A stretch of 64,000 nt of DNA from Neodothiora populina. Lineage: Eukaryota. The DNA lies in the NCBI RefSeq assembly GCF_041146345.1, contig NW_027191410.1:1054001-1118000 (forward strand), given 5' to 3'. The notes beneath the pieces are model-generated. The model was not told the DNA's origin. It did no database searches and worked only from the letters and a program-made list of their open reading frames with translations. Position 1 is the stretch's first letter, and every line of letters begins with the position of its first letter. Below are positions 59,169 through 64,000 of the stretch, one piece after another. The translations under genes and the position numbers were made by a program.

Positions 59169-61221
59169 TCACAACTCCTCCTCCAACCCCTGATTATGAT
59201 ACCCACTCACACTCCTCAGCCCCTGCCATTCACCTCCTCGTCGGACCTCTCTTGCGATCTCTGCGCGTCGAGCCAGCCGCTCGCGAGAATCAGACTTGTC
59301 GGGTCTAGACGCGCTGGACATGGCCATGGAGGTCGAAGTTAGTGCTTTTGGCGTCGTTATTGCTGTTTCTTCCTCTTCCTCGGTTGTCACTGCTCTTGGA
59401 CCTGGTCCTAGGCTTGTAGAGCGATCTCGACTTCGGGGCAGTGAAGTGGTTTCTGATTCTTCGGCAACTTGGACGGTAGGTAGAGGCGCTTTCTTGGTCT
59501 TGAGTCGTTTCAGCACGATTGGTGAACTGGGGGAAGCTTCTGTCCCTGATGACCCTGCGTGGCTCGGCGAGAGTTTACGCTTCTGAGTAGTTGTCTGAAC
59601 GTCCTCTGTGACAGCATCACTTTGCGCTTGCGAGAGTGCGCCATTGACTTCATTTGCTTCTATGCCCTTCAGCGCAAACATGCGTTGATCGTGAGCAAAG
59701 ATGTCGGCTGAGCAGATATCGCCGAATAGTGTCTTCATTGATATGGCTACAGTCCAGCTGCTTGGAGTCACCGTGCAGGGGTACAAGTCTCGAGGCATAA
59801 AGGCCTTCACGAGGTAGCGGAGTTCGTTGTACGAAGAATGCCGGGAAAAGGGAAATCTCTGCCCGCGATGTTAGCGTGCAGGTCCAACATTCTTTCAGTA
59901 GAGCGCTGGTACGAACTATGCGTCTCGAGTCTTCCGGTCGGCTTGACTCTTCATTGTCATCCACCTTTCTCGAAAACAGTTTCGCAATCGCTCCTATAAG
60001 ACGATCCAAGGGCATGTCGTCAAAGATTTCAAACTCGTCATCATCTCCTTTGACCTCGTTCCAGAAGCCGGCAAAGTCAAGCTTGGTGACATTCGGACCA
60101 GGTTTCAAATTCACGCTGAACCAGTCAGTGATCTCGGCCAGGAGGACTGGCTGCGATTGAAGTCTTTCGCGACACATGTTGATCAGTTGAGCGACAGCCA
60201 TGATATCGTTGAGTTCGAGTTCATGCTGTTGATCCAGGTCGCCATACCCACCACCGGCGCCCAGCTCTGCAATGTTGACGCCGTGATGACGAGTTACTAT
60301 AGGCGTGATCCGGACGGCATTCTTGTTTGAGAAGATGCTGCAACCTGTGCCTCTCTCACAACTATGCAGGCGCGAACCGACGGGATCATTCGTGAGACAA
60401 CCCTCATGGTACCGATTGCCAAACTGAAAGCCTAACAAAGCCGCTGTATGAGGTCCGAAACACTCTGGAGAACTCATCATAGAGCTGTAGACTCGGTACC
60501 GATAGTTGCATAGATGAACACGCGTATTGAGCGCTTTACAGAGCGCCACCCATACCTCCTCGTAGCCAAAGGTCCACGCATCAAGATAAAACAACTGGTC
60601 CGGAGGATACTTGCTGACCTTCTCAAGCAATTCGGCTAGACCATCTGCCTTGGTAGGAAAGTCCATCTTCAGATGCGCTCCATCAGAGAAAGTCGTATCG
60701 AGATAAACATTGTCAAGCTGTTTGAGCCCCTTCGTGTACGGTATAAGGATCGGATTGCGAACAAGTGAATCTACCCACCACGACTCAGAGCGAACATCAC
60801 CCGTATACAAAACAGCTTTGCCATCTCCCTCGATCAAAAACATGCACGAGCCAGTACAGTGGTTCGCATCGAACAGCGTGACTTGAATCGAGTACCCACG
60901 GGTCAATTCAATCACAGTAGGAGTCTCGAGAGGAATCGGCTTCAGCAACCGCTTAATCTTGCGATACGTCTGTTTTCTCGTCTCCAGTATTCCCTTGGCG
61001 AAGTTCACGCGATGGGGATATCTCTCGAGCTTCAGCACAAGCTCACGCGTAGGAGCAGTGCAGTACACAAAAGACGATTTGTTGGTGTCCAGACTCGTGA
61101 GATGGTCGCTGTGGATGTGGCTGAGGAAACATGCTAGTGGCGGCTGATGGTCTTCGTAAAGTCGGAAGTTATCGATTTGGATACGTGGGAATTCTTTCAC
61201 GATGCCGCTGAAGGTTGACAT
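59169..61221 (-). CDS. Artemis/SNM1C-like beta-CASP metallo-beta-lactamase nuclease; intron 59859-59916
   Basis: FLSHIHSDHL, DANHCTGS, LYTGDVR, VYLDTT and WTFGYE motifs. Splicing GTTCGT..CAG restores RFPFSRHSSYNEL...PRDLYPCTV. Confidence 0.88.
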
Positions 61222-61957
61222 TGTGGTGGTGATGGCACACTGTAGGCATGTTGCACTCAGATCTTGTCAGATATGAAATCGGGACCTAGTCATTCATTCC
61301 AACATTGATGATGTTGCTTCAATGGTGGCAGTCGAGGAAGGGGATGGAGTGGTTCCCGTGTCTCGGGCATGCCAAGGCCAAACGGGCGAAGGTCCCTTTG
61401 TGACAACGCAAGTACCCAGCTTTATATATCCATGCATGTGTAGGCACGGCAAGCAATCACGTACTTTCTTAGTATATGTTCAGTCGTATGGTCAGAAGCC
61501 CAGGCAAAGACTGACAGAAAATATCCGTTTTGTGCGCGAATGCTACGATACTAGGTCCCCATACTGGTGAGCCTAAATCTTTGGATGCGGCAGTTAAGGT
61601 TGGATCGCGAAGGACAGGGTCGCCCTAGCGTCCACGTATTCTCCTGGTCAGGCATATCCGGAGGGTTCATTCACGAAGACTATCTCTGCAATCAAACATG
61701 GTGCCTGATAAGCTTCATCAATTGGGTTAACCAGAAGCCTAAAGAGTCAGGTCGAGATTGCAACCAATTTCATCAACACGCTGGCAGAATTCGCTTTTAC
61801 AGCTCGAAAAGCATACGCAAGAGACGGCGAAAAGGTCTAGGTAGATGGATCAGAAAGTTTCATTGAACGGCAATACACCGGATAAGCAGTTATTTTAGGG
61901 GGTAACGCGCGGTCGTGAAAGCTATACTCTTGAAGAAACAAAGACATGAATGTCCAT

Positions 61958-63678
61958 CTAGCAGACGGCGTGAGTCTTGCCGTGCTTGCCCTGCAAGCTG
62001 TGCTTCTCATCCGAGAACTGCTGGTTCATCTTCTGGTGCTTTCCAGTCTTGGTGCCACGGTTCTTCATCATCTTGATGTGTTCTTGAATCTTCACGTCGT
62101 CCATCTTGTTCAAGGTGTCGAGGGCGAGCTTGATGTCGGCAATGAGGGCATCACATCTGCTGCGCGAAAAGTCCTCTCGCACAACGACACGCATCATCTT
62201 GAGACCCTCAGAGTGGGGAGCCATGGTGTATGCAGGGACTACCCAACCGCGTTCACGGAGCTGATGTGCGACTGCGAACTCGTCGAAATGGAGATTCTTC
62301 TTGGGGTTTAGGCGGAAGGCCACGAGGGGAAGACCCTTGCCATTGGTCTGAGACATCAACTCAAATCCGAGGCTCTTCACTGATGCAGCCAGGTAATCAG
62401 CAGTTCGGGTGAGGTTGATCATGATAGAGCGGTATCCAGTCTTTCCGAGACGGATGAGTTGGTAGTATTGACCAAGAACCTGAGAAGCTCCACGGGAGAA
62501 GTTGAGGGTGAAAGAAGCCTGATCAGCACCAAGGTAGTTGATGTTGAAGATGAGCTCTTTGGGAAGGAACTTGGGATCGCGCCACACACACCAGCCGACA
62601 CCGGGGTAGACCTATGTTTCATCAGCTTGGCTGTTCGGGGACATAGCAGTCTTGTCAAGGGAACTCACCAATCCGTACTTGTGACCTGACACATTGATAC
62701 TGACAACCTTCTCCAAGCGGAAGTCCCAGACGAGATCAGGGTCGACAAAAGGCGCGACGAAGCCTCCTGAGGCGGCGTCCACTGTAGACAAACAGTCAGC
62801 AAAAGACACTCGAAGTCATCGAGAAAACAAAAGCTTACCATGAATTGGCACATCAAGGTTGCGCTCAATCAAAAGGTCGTTGATGGCCTTGGTGTCCTCA
62901 TACTCGCCGGTGTAGGTGGTGCCCAGGATGCTGCAGATACCGATGGTGTTCTCGTCGACCAAGTCAACGGCCTGCACGGGGTCGATGACATAGCGGTCGG
63001 GGGTGCAGTAGACATACTTCTCCTCGACGTCGAAATATCTAGCAGCCTTCTCCCAGCACACCTGGACTGCACTGTTCATGACGATGTTGGGTCTGGAGTA
63101 GTCCTTGCCTTCAGCCTTGCGCTTGTTGATCCAGGTCTTCTTCATGGCAAGAGTAGCCAGCATGATGGCCTCTGAAGAGCCGACGGTCGAGGTTCCCATG
63201 GCGTTGGTGCTGTCGTCGTGGGTAGGCACGTTGAAGAGACGGGCTATCATGTTGACGCAGCGGTTCTGGATGTCGGCAGTGACGGGATATTCCTCGTAAT
63301 CGATGAAGTTCTTGCTGAAGGCGTCCATCATGAGCTTCTCGGCTTCGGCTTCCATGTAGGTGGTGACGAAGGAGGCGAGGCTGTGTCGGACAGGTTAGCA
63401 ACAAGAGGAGCAGAATGTCAATTGGAGACTGACTTGAGAGTCGGGATTCCGTCAAGAGTGAGGTCGTCTTTGATCATGCGGTATGCAACATCCTTGGGCA
63501 TCTCTTCCTCTGGCATCTCGTGCCTCGGGAGGTCCTGGGCAGCGTATCTGCTACCGTACACATTTGACGTGTAATCGTCTTGGCTCACTCCGGCAGGACC
63601 GAGATGAAGGCCCTCGAGGCCCTCGACAAGAGGCTTGTTGGCACTCGAGTCATTCTCGACTTGTCCGAGATGCACCAT
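61958..63678 (-). CDS. GAD1: Glutamate decarboxylase (PLP-dependent, group II); introns 63381-63433, 62782-62838, 62612-62668
   Basis: Motifs [47 protein letters not shown], the PLP-lysine motif [25 protein letters not shown] and GWVVPAY. Confidence 0.95.
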
Positions 63679-64000
63679 TTTGTAGTCTTGAGTGTTTACA
63701 GGAGCTCAATGCTGATCTGAGAATGTAGAATGCTTAAGTCCGATGGCAAATACTGGACAGAAAGTTATGCTAGTAGGCGAGAGAGTCGTGGATTGGTACA
63801 GAAGCTGGACTTTAGGACAGGAAGAGAAGGAGCCAGAAACCAGAAAGCAAGTTTTAAAGCTTCCAATTGATTGTTTGGAAGACGACGAAAAGAGAACAAT
63901 GACGGTCTTGCCGGATATATGAAATAAACTACTTGTACTCCTCTGTACATGCCTCATTCATGCACAAACGCTTGCTCTCGGCTTGGCTGAACTTGGCTTT

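Noticed and set aside
1..64000. Transposons, RIP-degraded repeats, rRNA, CRISPR arrays, secondary-metabolite cluster
   Set aside because: I saw no transposase/RT/integrase motifs, long AT-rich blocks, 5S/rDNA sequence, spaced repeat arrays or PKS/NRPS/terpene backbone genes.

Overview
Gene-dense, intron-containing DNA from a filamentous ascomycete (Pezizomycotina; a Dothideomycete is my inference from protein style, not proven). I can support 19 protein genes and one intron-containing elongator tRNA-Met. The genes are: 3' end of peroxisomal ABC transporter Pxa1, a small ABM-fold protein, a sterol glucosyltransferase-like fusion, a UPF0658 membrane protein, a WD40 protein, a Cys/His microprotein, the divergent rhaR-lraC L-rhamnose pair, a degenerate LOV/PAS protein, a DHA1 MFS transporter, a Laa2-like AP-1 accessory protein, Nsp1, Cu-ATPase Ccc2, 14-3-3, a kelch-BTB protein, Cdc20, a triple-dsRBD protein, Ptc6, Artemis and glutamate decarboxylase. 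Splice models were built by hand from GT/GC-AG sites, branch points and frame continuity. I recognised no transposon, rRNA or CRISPR. Best leads: (1) a 658-nt, apparently self-folding intron in the ABM gene, about 7-13x longer than the other introns; (2) a glycosyltransferase + ATG2/VPS13-C-like + multi-UIM fusion; (3) an enzyme-less triple-dsRBD protein resembling Dicer partners; (4) a degenerate LOV protein that keeps a Cys; (5) a putative Zn-binding microprotein alone in a 4-kb gap; (6) a GC-AG intron in lraC. All family calls come from motif recognition, not database searches.
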